Origin: Diplonema japonicum
Taxonomy: Eukaryota; Protista; Euglenozoa: Diplonemea
Assembly (NCBI GenBank): GCA_964019335.1
Contig: OZ025723.1
Coordinates: 62,001-126,000 of the forward strand
Direction: 5' to 3'
Length of the DNA stretch: 64,000 bases
The notes below the pieces were generated by a model, which did no database searches, was not told where the DNA came from, and was given only the letters and a program-made list of their open reading frames with translations. Shown in pieces: positions 11,701 through 22,167 of the stretch. Each line of letters begins with the position of its first letter. Positions within the stretch are counted from its first letter, which is position 1. Both the position numbers and the translations under genes were made by a program.

Positions 11701-12226
11701 GGACAACCTGTTTTACAATAGGAAGGTCAACAGGACCTTCGACCTGAAGGGGAGCCGACGGAACAGGTACCAGGCAAATCAGAACGCGGTCTTGTTGGAT
11801 GAGAACCTGCTGCACTTGTTGAAGGACGGGGAATGGTTATTCACGAAAGAAGAGTCGAAAGAAATCCTGACAATGGGGGTTCACAATGACACATTGATGC
11901 TCAGAAGGAACCAGATCATGGATTATTCGATGCTGCTTGGTGTGGATGACACAAAGAAGGAGATCTACGTGGGTATTATCGATTTCATGCGGGCCTATGA
12001 CATGAAGAAGCAGCTCGAGTGGGTTGTGAAGAGCTCCGGTATTATGGGAGGACGTGGCCAGCAACCCACCGTCGTAGACCCCACCAAGTACAAAGAACGC
12101 TTCCGCTCTGCTATGAACAATTATTTCCTCATGATCCCTGACAAAGCCACACCCTGGGTTATTAAGCACAAAAAGTACCAGACATTAACAGATGTGGGAT
12201 CTGAAATGATTTTTGATCTACACTGA
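5738..12226 (+). CDS. PIKFYVE: 1-phosphatidylinositol-3-phosphate 5-kinase (PIKfyve/Fab1), intronless, 2162 aa
   Basis: FYVE (WVAD..CYEC..RRHHCRVCGQIFC..C), TCP1/CCT-like domain (YIKVIKVEGG..SEYVCG), Cys-rich CCR (MWTYCKIC..SFGKFLE..CNH), C-terminal PIPK (GGRTGA, FDLKGS..R, LLDEN, MDYSMLLG, GIIDFMR). Confidence 0.95.
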   Translation: MKGFTAFVREPPSENSSWFSLGKKEKTKNYVVTGTSGQRALDDLQVTPEQAKTTPDVDNVMTEKVNPEKQLTSGDSFGARPPERERWRRNTQKTKMKEWWVADNMAKQCYECRSTFSVLTRRHHCRVCGQIFCWKCSANFLPGERLGFSEASLRLCVCCYAMWQADKGNRPTATAGTLSSKAQGIARQATRQRSISDTRTSHSPSRNDMERDNASLNGSIKRLPLSKTDTSWDVRKSPAYSFTPDTLKGKVVNSSVCEPTPQPDWDAGSDDLAADETAKSETAEWTIEDAESSFLTHRVGADNKKMMAWRNKVGDLVEERLRRETNATAAKENSGETFGMICPVMELPDAPNLLDETHNNEGDECTKAWDTLEEAAHKHLKCLVYRLLADLIVTGTDTRGGSQPTDDKLLAMVQHLKPIISRALWAKSLRANTAPKLKPAIPPALVSPRVDNQLGPPEDCQYYASSAAASVAGALLGQTIDNQHDLDMAVIEAVRRRPDNNPESIVELVLGSPKISVCISKNRKVLNARCFENKFINSHGRSFVLSDAIDWVKNEYTVGDEEATEGLALLYKRNVIACELRNEPEQLERRIRIGGNEGELTLSRQYRIIRDGHLVDDDSLTHEDYLEMLAGFREHAFEDDAKTVDAKQWTQVICRLAWKAAKTVFPSVWRDKDEFMDIREYIKVIKVEGGDPWESEYVCGSVVPGNLANRKMPGDISNPRVLLVGDHIDYEPTTVVTDFASLVQSKKDGNIVMKENDGSWLEVLANKVKLMNPDLVLVEHSVNLRVQEQLCESGIALATSVSPKALMRVRKTTHASIVHHIARIPTSYLQAAAEDTSTHTDAPKLGKCKGFTMKRVGGKSLMYIYGGDVEKGCAVVLRGASTAVLRRLKEVLKFAAFMAHNLVLETNYFEDAKGYLMPGTTQPCDPLDSGFEGVRDNTGLLSSSLCVDFQIPDLLTAKRKRHDDDEKHAEAASSEPRQSVVSEVEDRSMLSIPHMDSIASLQSQEEPKDKKDKTSPEKKREQLLTLCRDLGYLNPLCHQSILVHHTITRVSAHPSGLKPAMSDDFRDRGHSIFSDMIQDRKHSIAGHVNTSSGAHLSGKSSGGQLSMSTKDLASQAHQFGHLGNQRDVVDEHNPHQSFEKQERNDSTLRMPGDTSREFKKLLIEYYKIGRNKGSDIPLVFYLAEHFSLASTPGTSLPTRQYSHNKGRLTVVAERVTDDEFYSDYVLMWTYCKICKRNVSPRVECSRYTLSYSFGKFLETSFYNFKVVSRACNHSVHGDLIRCFGQTVSDGHNSVNVQVKFEYVPVEVYTLEFPELELHYDATLFNNFVTSEFNDLLLSVEEGYKNISDAIDEMEGYQREVGLDETDDNNALRQRLNKESKAQIESAQAYQNELCAATVMDMNAMRKDLHAALQGWGKEISEKWLAARAADEKTPKPKSKWRDMLRREENNEKGSKPTHQHCLSNLADGLADLKLHTDSESCTVDKLMSALAALEKDVLASDEASIAPTRNEDPSSPLLLPPPPSSPSLSSLTPTPAGGGELIISNTVVAPLPASLQFGHSQKRGASLPQLPSLIQSLPAWKQDELKSNSSGMSPPQTMEPSCSGGLSPQPTTDTSCLEESPPSLKSPMHSAAGDRRTHSMDFEGLGGERPLVSQVRKSLSGQKQKLAKEIPQPKLPANMSSPGVLVNLATGVEDLTVIVRLDEPTSVIAYTLCSEQYKRACQPITPPSSPLRNHKSPYLFRGAPVGSLSTTTPPDTPANNSGKQLGDHPGSPQLPTPMDASIDDKMETVSLPCQIEDPFTRQKTFEGASPEFFPSAPPMEAAQQPPPTQKNTRQQDIDNLLEVLGEKMRRVEIKEFEEVTAGPDPKTTHLRFACNVLCARQFAALRQFYCKGDESTFIASLSRCMAFAPTGGRTGASYYMTRDSRYVLKAIKTEEMQHFEQTMSKKYFEYIARAIRKRMPTLLTKIMGVFKITIVSNGTPTHTNWLLMDNLFYNRKVNRTFDLKGSRRNRYQANQNAVLLDENLLHLLKDGEWLFTKEESKEILTMGVHNDTLMLRRNQIMDYSMLLGVDDTKKEIYVGIIDFMRAYDMKKQLEWVVKSSGIMGGRGQQPTVVDPTKYKERFRSAMNNYFLMIPDKATPWVIKHKKYQTLTDVGSEMIFDLH

Positions 12227-12572
12227 TTTAACTTTTTTTTTTTTATCTCCTCTCCTCTTTCTCTTTGAGGTAGAAGTTACTTCATGAGAGAAGGAAAAAA
12301 AAAAAGTTCTCTTGCGTATCCTTCTTTAAAAAAAAAAAAAAAAAAAAAAAAAGAGTGCCAATATGTTTCGACTAATAAAAAAAAAAAAGGAGGAAAGAAG
12401 AAAGAAAAAAAAAAGAGAAAAAAAAAACCATCGCTGGTCTGCCTGCCGCCCCCAGCCCATTCCCATGCTCCCCCTTGTCGTTCCACTTTCTTTTGTCTCT
12501 AAGAGTTCGTTGAGGCCTTGTCTGTTCATTGCTGCTGTGGAAACAGTTTCTTCTTCCCCCCCCCCCCCCCCA

Positions 12573-12602
12573 TTCTTCTTCTTCTTCTTCTTCTTCTTCT
12601 TC
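12573..12602. repeat. (TTC)10 microsatellite in intergenic spacer
   Basis: Read directly from sequence. Confidence 0.85.
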
Positions 12603-12746
12603 ATTCCCCCAACACCGTCCCCCTTTTTTTTTTTTAAAGTTTCTCTTTCCTGTCGTTGGCTTTCTTGTTATTCTTCTGCAAACCTCCCTTACCAAAATTT
12701 CAAAAAAAAAAAAAAAGGGGAAAAAAAACAACAACAAAAAAAGAAA

Positions 12747-14335
12747 ATGACACAACACAAGGACGCGGACTACTACAGCAAGAGGATCAGCACGCTGAAG
12801 ACGGTGCACCAGTCGGAGAGCGAAAGGTGCAAGAATCTGCAGAAGGCGGTGTTTCTATCAAAGGAAGAGGTCGAGGAGTTTCTCTTGAAGCACGCGGAGA
12901 ATGAGCGGGAGAGGGAGAGGCAAAACGAGTACGTGTGCAAGCTCGAAGAAGGTGTCCAAGAGAGGGAAGAACACGTCTCAGATCTGAAAAGACGGATCAA
13001 CCAAGTAAGAAGGGAGCTGCAGGAACGTGACGTTAACACCCAAACCATCAGACAGCAAGTCAAAAGGGTCCAGATGCGTGCTCGAAACGCAGAAGAGATG
13101 CAAAAGGCACGAGGCGAGGTCGGAGACGCCGCAGAGTCAAAGAACAGACAGCTCGCTCTCCTCGCAGCCATACGTTACACAAACCAAAGAATCAAACAGT
13201 TAGAAGGCGAGAAGCTAGGCGCAGTCCACAGAGACCTCGACGACCAAGACACCAAAACCGTCCAGCAAAGGAAAACCAACCAGCTGCTGAGGGAGGAGAA
13301 CGACAAAACCAAGCACTCAATCAATGAGGAGATGGAGCAGCAGAGGCAGTACATCGAAGAGGTTGCTGGCAAGATCGAGGCCACAAGAAAGGAAATCGCT
13401 CTGCTTGAATCCTCGTACGATGACTTGGAAGCGGCACCCCAGAGCATCGCCTTGTCCACTGAAGTCTTGGAAGGTGTCATCCAGCACCTTAAGGACCAGA
13501 TCGCCCAGACCGAGAGGGATCGCGCTGCCATCGACGAAGAGAAGAAGACCTTGATACAGCGCATTATGCGTTCCTCTGACCCGGACGCGAAGATGCGCGA
13601 GTGCATGATGCTCCTCAAATCAGCGGTGATCAACCTGTGGAAGGACTACCAGAGCATCGGTCAGGTCAGGGACAAGATCAGTATGATTTTTAAAAAAAAA
13701 AGATTTTTTGTTTTTTTTTTTTACACAACAAAAAAGTCAAACGTCACGACCAAGAGGCAGTGTTCAAGGAGGCGCACAACACAATCAAGACCGCTATCAA
13801 GTCCATAGAAAGGGGCCCGAAGATCACACGCCCGACAGGTGACGAGATTCCGATTAAAGGGGTGAGGAAGGACCCGGTTAAGTATGGCAAGAAGGGGAGA
13901 AAAAAAAAAACCAGGTGGAATGTGCTGGAGAAGGACATCGAGAAGCTAGACAGCCACAAGGTGAGGACGATCTTCAGAGCACTGCAAGAGATGGTTATTG
14001 CGTGGGATGTGATGCCCGACGACAGAAAGGCGAACATGAGCACGTGTGAGGAGGTGGTGGTGAACTCACTGTTGCTGTACGCGCTGGCAAGGCACACTCT
14101 TACGTGTCAGAACAGGACGCTGATGGAGAAAAAGCTGCAACTGGACCAAAGCGAGTCGCGCCTCACTAAGAGGGGCGCCTACACCCTGCCTCGTGATGAT
14201 GACGGTCACCACATTGTTCCATCACCTGTTGCCACCCGCCGCAGCACAAAGCCCGCCCGGCCCTCCACCACCGTTGTGGACCACCAACCTGAGACCGACT
14301 ACCAGGGGTCTGCTAGCCCTGGGTCTTTCCTCTAA
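12747..14335 (+). CDS. Coiled-coil hypothetical protein, 499 aa; join(12747..13680,13737..13881,13915..14335)
   Basis: ATG after A-rich leader; E/K/Q/R heptad-rich. Removing GT-AG 13681..13736 joins ORF-track frames 12363 and 13760 (A|TC = Ile); second intron removes a low-complexity YGKKGRKKKTR stretch. Confidence 0.8.
13681..13736 (+). other. Spliceosomal intron, 56 nt (GTATGA...AAG)
   Basis: Frame-restoring; low-complexity A/T interior. Confidence 0.9.
13882..13914 (+). other. Spliceosomal intron, 33 nt (GTATGG...A-tract-CCAG), in frame, no stop
   Basis: GTATG donor and A-tract before CAG; not required for frame. Confidence 0.7.
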
Positions 14336-14338
14336 AGG

Positions 14339-14370
<32 letters not shown>

Positions 14371-14697
14371 TTTGTATAGATTTTTTTTTGTTTCTTCCCT
14401 GCTCTCCCTTTGTATGTTGTTTGTCTCGACACCCCGCTTTACTCACCCTTTTACCCCCCCCCCCCATTGTTGTTTTTTGTGTCTGCTTTTAATATGAGTT
14501 CGTACCTCCTTTTTTATTGTTTCTTCTTCTTCTTCTTCTACTTTTCTTTCTTCCTTCCCCCCCCCTTTTTTTTTATGGTGTTACCCCTCCCTCCCCCATT
14601 GTTGCATTATCGTAATTTTTCAATACGTTCTCAATCTCAGGAGAGTAGGGACGGGAAAGGAACATGGAAGCAGGCCATCGGACCTATAGGCTTCATA

Positions 14698-15132
14698 ATG
14701 GGTTGTAGTGCGAGCTCTGGTAATGTGAAGAATGCTCAGGGCCGCAAGAAGTTTGACAGTGTTCTGGTTAGAGAGTCAGAGCCGCAGGACACGGAAGTTA
14801 AGGTGAAGAAGAAAACAGCAGTCAAAACTGACAACAAAACGAAGGCGAAGAAATCTGTTCGCAAGAAGAGCAAAAAGAAACGAAAGACAGAGCCAAAGGT
14901 GAACGCAGCCTCTGCTAAACAGGTAGAGGGCACCACAGGACCTATCGAATATGACCTGTCAGTTAATATCAATAAGTTCCTTCCTTCTGAGAAGGTCAAA
15001 CGCATCGATCAATGGATGCAGACAGAAAGGACTCAGAACGCGCTCGTGTCACCACAATGTGACAAAGGGGTTCCTACTAAGGCAAAGGCCCACCATGAGG
15101 TGATGAGAAGGAAGAGGTTTGAAAGAAACGGG

Positions 15133-15163
<31 letters not shown>

Positions 15164-15393
15164 TTTCTTTTGAACAAAAAAAAAAAAAAAAAAAAGAAAC
15201 AGCGTCGAACTACGCAAGCTTTCCGCACAGGAGCTTAGCGTCCTTATGCAGGTGGAAACAGGCACAGTGGCAAGTAGTCAGGTACACCAAGAAAACTTTA
15301 AAATAAAGAAGGAAATTATGCACCCCCCCACCACAGAAATCTGTGAAGCTTGATGAAACTGAGTCGCGGCAGCTAAGTGTAGACACTCGTTGA
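14698..15393 (+). CDS. Small Lys-rich protein with N-terminal dual acylation-like motif (MGCSASS), 184 aa; join(14698..15116,15203..15281,15337..15393)
   Basis: Two GT-AG introns restore a continuous frame ending ...RQLSVDTR* at TGA 15391-15393. Confidence 0.75.
15117..15202 (+). other. Spliceosomal intron, 86 nt (GTTTGA...T-tract...A-tract-ACAG)
   Basis: Frame-restoring (AG|C = Ser). Confidence 0.8.
15282..15336 (+). other. Spliceosomal intron, 55 nt (GTACAC...CCACAG)
   Basis: Phase 0; restores frame to TGA 15393. Confidence 0.7.
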
Positions 15394-15770
15394 GGGAATG
15401 CAAGATGTAAATATTCCGCAAATTCTTTTTTGAAACAACCCCCCCCCGCCCCCCACACACACTCTCTCTCTTTGGGTGTATTCCATGAAAGCCTTAATAG
15501 AAGCAGTTTTCTTATTATACGGGAGGATGAGAAAGGAGAGGGTAAGCCCGCGATGCCCCCTTATGAAGATTTCCTGCCAAAAAGAGATGAAGAAAAAAAA
15601 AATACACGCACACGCGCACACACACACACCGGGAAATAGCATTTACATGCCGGGAAGAAGAAGAAAAAAAATGAGAAAACCAGATTAACCCTTTTTTTCC
15701 ATTCTCGAAAAAATACAACCCCATCCCTGTTTCCACCCAGACCCCTGTAATCGGATCTTAAAGAAAAATT

Positions 15771-15958
15771 CTAGCTAAGGACGCGAGGAGACCGTGCTAG
15801 TGCAGTGCAGGCCCTTCACATCATCGAACTTCAAAAAGACATTACGAATGGTCTTTGTTCGCATAAAGTGACACCCCTACCATAAGTGAACCTCACATGG
15901 GGGGCTGAGCTTGTCTGGCCTAGGCCGATTATGACTATGACTCATAATGACTTCGGTC
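15771..15958 (+). other. Putative structured RNA element (four consecutive hairpins) upstream of AIDA
   Basis: Inverted repeats CTAGC/GCTAG (15771-15800), AAAGAC/GTCTTT (15835-15856), CCCC-CCAT-GTGA/TCAC-ATGG-GGGG (15874-15904), GGCCGA-TTATGA/TCATAA-TCGGTC (15923-15958) in a homopolymer-free island. Confidence 0.35.
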
Positions 15959-15996
15959 CATGCCAAAAAGGAAAAAAAAAAAAAAAAAAAAAAAAA

Positions 15997-16908
15997 ATGG
16001 CAGTTCGAGAAGCAGTTGGTAAGTGGGGCCCGATGCTGGAAAAAGCGTTGCAATATGACAAATGGGGTCAGATTGTGGAGGCTATGGAACTGTACACCAC
16101 CATGTACCAGGAAGTCCTGTCAGTGATGCGGACGGTGAAGGAGATGGACACGCAGCACCGCAATGGCATTTGTATGTTTCAAGCCGCGCTGCAACTCAGG
16201 TTGAAAAACCTCAAACACCACAGCACAGGGGGCGTGCTGCAAAAAACAACAAGCCCCGGGGGGCCAGGTCTCGACTTCGAAAGTATGGCGAGAATCGTCA
16301 ATCTAAAAGGTTTAATAATGGAAGGGGAAACCTGGCCTGTCTACATAGAAAGCTTGAACATAGAAAAACAAGAGGAACACATCGATCAGGGTGCAGACGA
16401 TGACAGCGGGTTCTCAGCAGGGCACAAAGGATATTTGATCCCTCCTCCAAAACTCTCTCCCGGCGACCGAATATTGAAAATAGATCTCATAAGCATTGGT
16501 TTAAAAGATGCAATGGACTATTTGGATCCGTTCATCTCTGTATCTTTGCGAGCGGGTCCATTTGAGAGACAGCTTTTAGAAACAGAGCAACACACACCTC
16601 ACCCAAACCTCAAAAGAGATGCTCAAGCTGTTAACTTTGGAACTACAGTGTACATTCAAACACCTGTTGACAAAATTCCTTCAAATGCGAATGTTTTCTT
16701 TGAGCTGAAACACTACAAACCGAAGAAGAATAAGATCTCCGTCCGGTGCTGGAGTATGCTCTCCACTGACGAGTTCGTTGAAGGCACCAAAGGCCTGGAG
16801 ATCTATGCGAAGCCCACTGACTACTCCGCGAAGAAATTTCACAAACACTCCAAAAAGCCGCTTTTCCTGAATGTCAACCTTTCAATCGTGTCCAATCAAA
16901 ATTGTTAA
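15997..16908 (+). CDS. AIDA: AIDA (axin interactor, dorsalization-associated) C2-domain protein, 303 aa
   Basis: N-terminal DKWGQIVEAMELY; C2-Aida motifs IGLKDA..YLDPFISVS, FFELKHYKPKK.K.S.RCW, LEIYAKPTD, KPLFL. Confidence 0.9.
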   Translation: MAVREAVGKWGPMLEKALQYDKWGQIVEAMELYTTMYQEVLSVMRTVKEMDTQHRNGICMFQAALQLRLKNLKHHSTGGVLQKTTSPGGPGLDFESMARIVNLKGLIMEGETWPVYIESLNIEKQEEHIDQGADDDSGFSAGHKGYLIPPPKLSPGDRILKIDLISIGLKDAMDYLDPFISVSLRAGPFERQLLETEQHTPHPNLKRDAQAVNFGTTVYIQTPVDKIPSNANVFFELKHYKPKKNKISVRCWSMLSTDEFVEGTKGLEIYAKPTDYSAKKFHKHSKKPLFLNVNLSIVSNQNC

Positions 16909-16912
16909 ATGG

Positions 16913-16948
<36 letters not shown>

Positions 16949-17482
16949 CCCCTCCCATTCCCCTCTTTTATAAAAAAGAAAAAAAAAAGAATTTTGTCGT
17001 CGTAATATTTTAAATAGAATAGTTTAATTTTTTTTTTGTTTTGGCATACTTCGCAAGAGGGGGGAAGAGAAAATTTTAAAGAAGAAAAAAAATGTGTAAA
17101 AAGAAAAAAAAAAACTCTTTCCCTTCTCCCCCCCGAGGGGGAAAGGGGAGGTAGAAAAAAAGTCAAAAAAAAATGCCCAGATAAAACTCCAATCTTCTGG
17201 GGTGTGGTGGTGTTTCTTTTTTTTTTTTTCTTCTTCCTTCTTTTCTGACTGATTCTTTTTTTTTTCTTTTTTTTTTTGCAAAGGGGTTTGTTGTAAACAA
17301 AAAAAAAACCCCCCACCACCACCACTTGCTGTGCATTAAAAAAAAAAAAAAAAAAAATCCTCTTTTTTCTTATTTGTCTTTCCCCCTCAACACGTCCATA
17401 TATATGCTTCGCTTCTCACACCCAACATCACAGAAGGGCAGGGGGGCGGGGGGAAAAGTGCTGTGGTGGCACAAAAAAACCA

Positions 17483-19450
17483 ATGGGGTGCTGCCAGGGG
17501 GCCGAGAAAGAGCCCCTAGGAAAGCACAAAACGGGAGAAAATGAGATGCCAGGGCAGCAGCAACGAAGACCCACCGTTGCAATGGAATCCCCGCCTGCAA
17601 ATGGGCACAACGGCACCGGAGGAGAATCCAGTAAAGAGGGGTTTCTAACAAGCGATTTCCGAAAAGCCCTCGAGGACAATTTCCCACGTTTTTGGAACCA
17701 ATACAATGTAGGTGAGGAAATCGGCAGCGGGTTGGGCAGTGTAACATTCCTCTGCGAGCCAAAGGACGAATCTCTCCGTACCTCTCGACTCCTCTGCTGC
17801 AAAGTAGTGAAGGCTGCATCAGGATCTGAAGACACCAAACAGCATTGGAAAGAAATTGTTTCCTACAAAGCGCTCTCCCCAGATGACAGAATAACGGAGA
17901 TGATCGACCATTTTATGAATGAAAACTGGGCGGTTGTTGTTTTAAAAGTCATGGAAGGAGGTCCCATCTCAGTCGGTGAACAACGCTGGCCCGAACCAAT
18001 GGTCGCTTCCGTCGCAAAACAAATCCTGCTTCTTCTCGAAGATCTGCACACCGCTGGTTACTGCCATCTAGATATAAAACCAGCTCACATCTTAACCACC
18101 GAAGTGGTCTCGACAACCGACCCCACATTACCTGTAAAGATACGAGTCTGTGGGTTCTCATGCTGTACCAGATTCAAACCGGGGACAGCAACGCTTGCAG
18201 AGATCCCAGAATCGCCTCTCTTCATCGCTCCGGAAATATGGAAAATTGTAATGGGTGTCCCATCGGGGACGCTATATGATGAGAGATGCGATATCTGGAG
18301 TTTGGGTGTTGTATGTTACTTGATGTTGAGCGGGAGGCATCCCTTCACCAATAAATGTGTGAAGGATTGCCAGGAGTCTGATTATGTTGATTTGTACGAG
18401 GCTATTTACGCGAAGGACGAGAGTGTGATAGAGTTTCCAGAGGAGTACTTCGGGGGGATCTCCAACGAAGCGAGGCATTTTTTGTTAGATGTGCTTCAAA
18501 TCGATTTCAAATCACGTTCCACAGCAGCGCAAGCTTTGAACCATCCCTTCATACGAAAGTTCAATCCGGATTTAACCTACCTTGAAGGAACGAGGCCTGG
18601 CAGGGTGTTGTTCCATTTCGAGCCATTGAGGAAAGATATTAGTGTGTCTCGGTTAGGGAGCTACATGAAGCCGCGGGGGTCTCTTAATGCCTCGTCTACG
18701 CAAGGATCTCCTTCTCCTTTCCTCACGGCTGGGGACGACTGTCCCAGCCCGTCAGGCGACGCTGCTTTCCTCGAACCCCAGACCTCATCACGGAGGAGGA
18801 AAATGTCGTGGACGGAAGAAACGCCCATGACCTTCGTCAGAAATGACAGTGGTGGTAAGCTGGGCCAGCTTCATATGGAAGCGACGCCGGTATTTTTTTT
18901 TTTTTTTTTTTTTAAATTCTTTAAAAAAAAAAAAAAAAAAAAAAAAACACAGACGCAATCCAGCATAAATGGTGGCGATAGCGGTAACAGGCTGAAATCA
19001 CCGAAATTGGTATTTTTTTTTTTTTTGGGAAGAAAAAAAAAAAAAAAAAAAAAAAAACAGTTTATGGGATCACCTGTCAAAGCACCTCTCCACGTTAACC
19101 CTAACTCCCCTCATCTTCAACCGCCGCCGTTCTTTCCGAAGGAGCGAAGGTTCGAAGAAGGTGGTGAGGAGGACGAAGATAACGACTCCAGTTCAGGTGC
19201 GAAGAATTTCTTTTTTTTGGGGGGGGGATATTAAATGTGAAAAAAAATACTTACAGGGAGCGCCGTGTTGCCTGAGGAAGGTTTTTCCATCGGTGAACCT
19301 GCCAAAGCTCCCAATGGAACTCCGAGACCTTCTCCCGAAGAGCGGGAGAAGGCAAAGCGGGAGCTAACCTCCAGCGATGAAGAGGATGATCTTTCTAAAA
19401 TTAGTGAAACTCACCAACGGCAAGAGCAAGGGGAGAGCTCACAGCCATAA
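17483..19450 (+). CDS. CAMK-like protein kinase, probably a pseudokinase, N-terminal MGCC; 597 aa; join(17483..18889,18953..19009,19061..19196,19257..19450)
   Basis: IGSG, CKVV, HLDIKPAH, VCGFS (no DFG Asp), FIAPE, DIWSLGV..Y.MLSG..PF, R.TA.QAL.HP; three introns join ORFs 17483 and 19265. Confidence 0.85.
18890..18952 (+). other. Spliceosomal intron, 63 nt (GTA-Tn...An-CACAG), in frame, no stop
   Basis: GT-AG bounded poly-Phe/poly-Lys-coding insert. Confidence 0.85.
19010..19060 (+). other. Spliceosomal intron, 51 nt (GTA-Tn-GGG-An-CAG), in frame, no stop
   Basis: GT-AG bounded homopolymer insert. Confidence 0.85.
19197..19256 (+). other. Spliceosomal intron, 60 nt (GTGCGA...TTACAG)
   Basis: Removes in-frame TAA ending at 19234 and joins the exon matching ORF 19265. 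Confidence 0.85.
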
Positions 19451-20287
19451 TGTAAAATGTTGTTCTCCCCCCCCCATGCATTTCACTGTTTTTTTGTAAA
19501 ATTTCCCCTTCCCCTCCCCCCTATAGTGTTTTTCTCTTTCTTTCTTGTGTGTTCCTTAGTTCCATGGCAAAAAGACGGGAAAAGAAAAACGAAATGAACT
19601 CGGGAAAAGGACGAGTTTTAGAAGAAAAAAAATATATTTGTGACCTTAAATGATCGGGTAGAGTAGGGGCAGAAAGAGAGGGGAAAAAAAAGGGGGCGGG
19701 AGACCAAAATAAAAAAGGCGTTGTCCATTTTTTCGTTGACAAAAACAAGATAAATAGACCCCCCCCCCCCTCCCGAGCGCCTGTGTGCAAATAGGAAGAT
19801 GAGTGGAAAGAAAATAAAAAAGAATGACTAGCGTTATGGAAACCGCACAGGCGAAACTTTTGTCTTTTTTTTCCCTTTTTCAAAAAAAAAATCCTTTTTT
19901 TTTGTTCCCCTCTTACCCGTTACTTTAGCTGTCACAGATCGCCCTCCTCCCTTATTCAATCTCACTCCCCCCCCCCCCCTCGTCCTGTTATTTCCTTTTT
20001 TTTTCTTTTCCTTCTGGGTTTGGCCATGGATCCTCCTGTCTCCCCCCCCTCCCCCTCCCGCCCTGCTTCTAAAATCACAACCACAATTGTTTTTTCTTTC
20101 TTTCTTTTTCTCCTTTTTTTTTTTATTGTTATGGTTTTTCTTTTTTTCTTTTTTTTCTTTTTTTTACCCCGTCCTCCAATTGCTTGGAGCCTCAGTCCCC
20201 CTTTTTTTTTTCCCTTGCCTTCAAAAAAAATCTTTTGGGGGAAAAAAAAAAGGAAAAAACCACAGGGGAGAGAGGAGAGAAGGTGCC

Positions 20288-22120
20288 ATGAATATGGGGA
20301 GCCGAGGAGAGGTCCAGACTAGCTACACAACAAATGCTAAAAAGGGCCAGGACCCTGTCACCATTGACAACAGGGACATGGTGAAGGTGATTCAAACAAA
20401 GTTCAAGAAGCTCGTGGCCCAAAACCGACAATGCGGCTGCACGGCGAAATGGCTGTTCTACGTCCGCCGCGGTGAGGTCAAGGCGATCAAGAAAGAAACC
20501 GTCGAGCGAGTCAAGTTCGAAAAGACCCACATCGCAACCACTGTAATGGACATAGCCATCCAACCTGACCAGGACTCTGCAAAATGGGAACCTGATGTGT
20601 TCGCGGTTATAGATAATCACGGGACCTTCTACGTGGCCACCATGAACCCTCAGGACCCAACAGCAGATTATGAAATCCTGGCAACTGCAAGCATCGAGGG
20701 AACCACGCTGCAACAAGTTTCCTGGCTGACGCCGAAGGACCTGATGTTGATGGCGAAGAACGGTTCGTTGTGGCACGTCCACATGACTGGGCTGCAGGAG
20801 GAGTTCCGCAAGCTCAACCCCACAAGGATTCTCTCCACATGCCCGGATATCGAACCCGTTCCTGTTCCCTTTGAAAAGTCCGACTGGATAGTCAGTGTTA
20901 TGGTAGAGGACGACCGTGTGTCAGATGTGGCGTACACATGTAACCCGAATGATTCTTCCAAGTGGATTGTTGTTGCTCATAATGAGCTGGTTCCGATACT
21001 TACTCAATCTGATAATTTGTGGGCGTTCTTTAGTTCCCTGAAGCCTGACGATACCCCTGTGAAGTGTGTTGCCTGGATGGGCTCCGAAGTCTTCCCAGAC
21101 CTCTACTCCACCCTCGCGATCCTCACCAACGAGGGCCGCTCCCTGTGGCTTTACAACATCAACCTGTCCGAGCAAATACCCGTTCCTTTAATCGAACCCT
21201 TCCACAAAGTCGACATCTCCGCACAAGCCGCCGAATGGACCATCCCCGAACCCTACGCGCAGAACCCGAAATGGATCCTTGAATCCAGCGGTGACACATT
21301 AATCATCACCGCCATGGGGCTTAAGATGGTTGTGATGGTCAAGTTGAAGGCGAAGAAGGACGGTCCTGGGTACGATGTGGTCGTTAATGACTGGGTGTTC
21401 TCGGGGTTCATGAAGGCGAACCAGTGTGAGAAGAATAAGTCAGAGGAAGTGCTGCTCTCGATGGTGGTTCCTGCGTACAAGGGAACCGGTGAGAAGAAGC
21501 CGCTTGAGATGTGTTTGATGTCCACACACCAGCTGGCGACCTGCAAGGGTCTTATGGAGATAGAAGCTAATGTAGTGGAGCCCCCTGCACCTGCACCAGC
21601 ACAAGCGTCGGCACCTGCACCCACGCCCATACCCACACCTGCACCCCCATCTACTGTGCCGCCCGTCACGCCGCCGACGACAGCTCCTCTACCGCCACCC
21701 ACGGCCTCGACCTCGCATGAGGTCATGGCCCCAAGACAGAGGAAGGGTCGGTCTGCCACACCGTCGCCTCCGCCGCCTCCAACATCTCCCCCGCCTCCCC
21801 CTGCGCCCACTGTGGACCCCCTCCCTCCCTTCTCGGCACCCACCTCGACACCCTCCACAGCCACTGAGCTGGGCAACTCCCTCCACCACCTGCAGGCCAC
21901 GCTCCAGAGCCTCCAGGGCGCCATCAAGGCCAACCATGAACGCACCAACGAGAAGATCGACGGGCTCGAAGTGCAGCTCACCACGTACAGACAAGCCCTC
22001 GACTCCCACCACACGTCTAACCTCAAACTGGTGTCGCAGCAGTCGTCAGACCTGCAAAGGGCCAGCAACACGTACTACAGGGGCGTCGAGGCTAATATCC
22101 GTACCGTGCAGGTGTGAATT

Positions 22121-22167
<47 letters not shown>

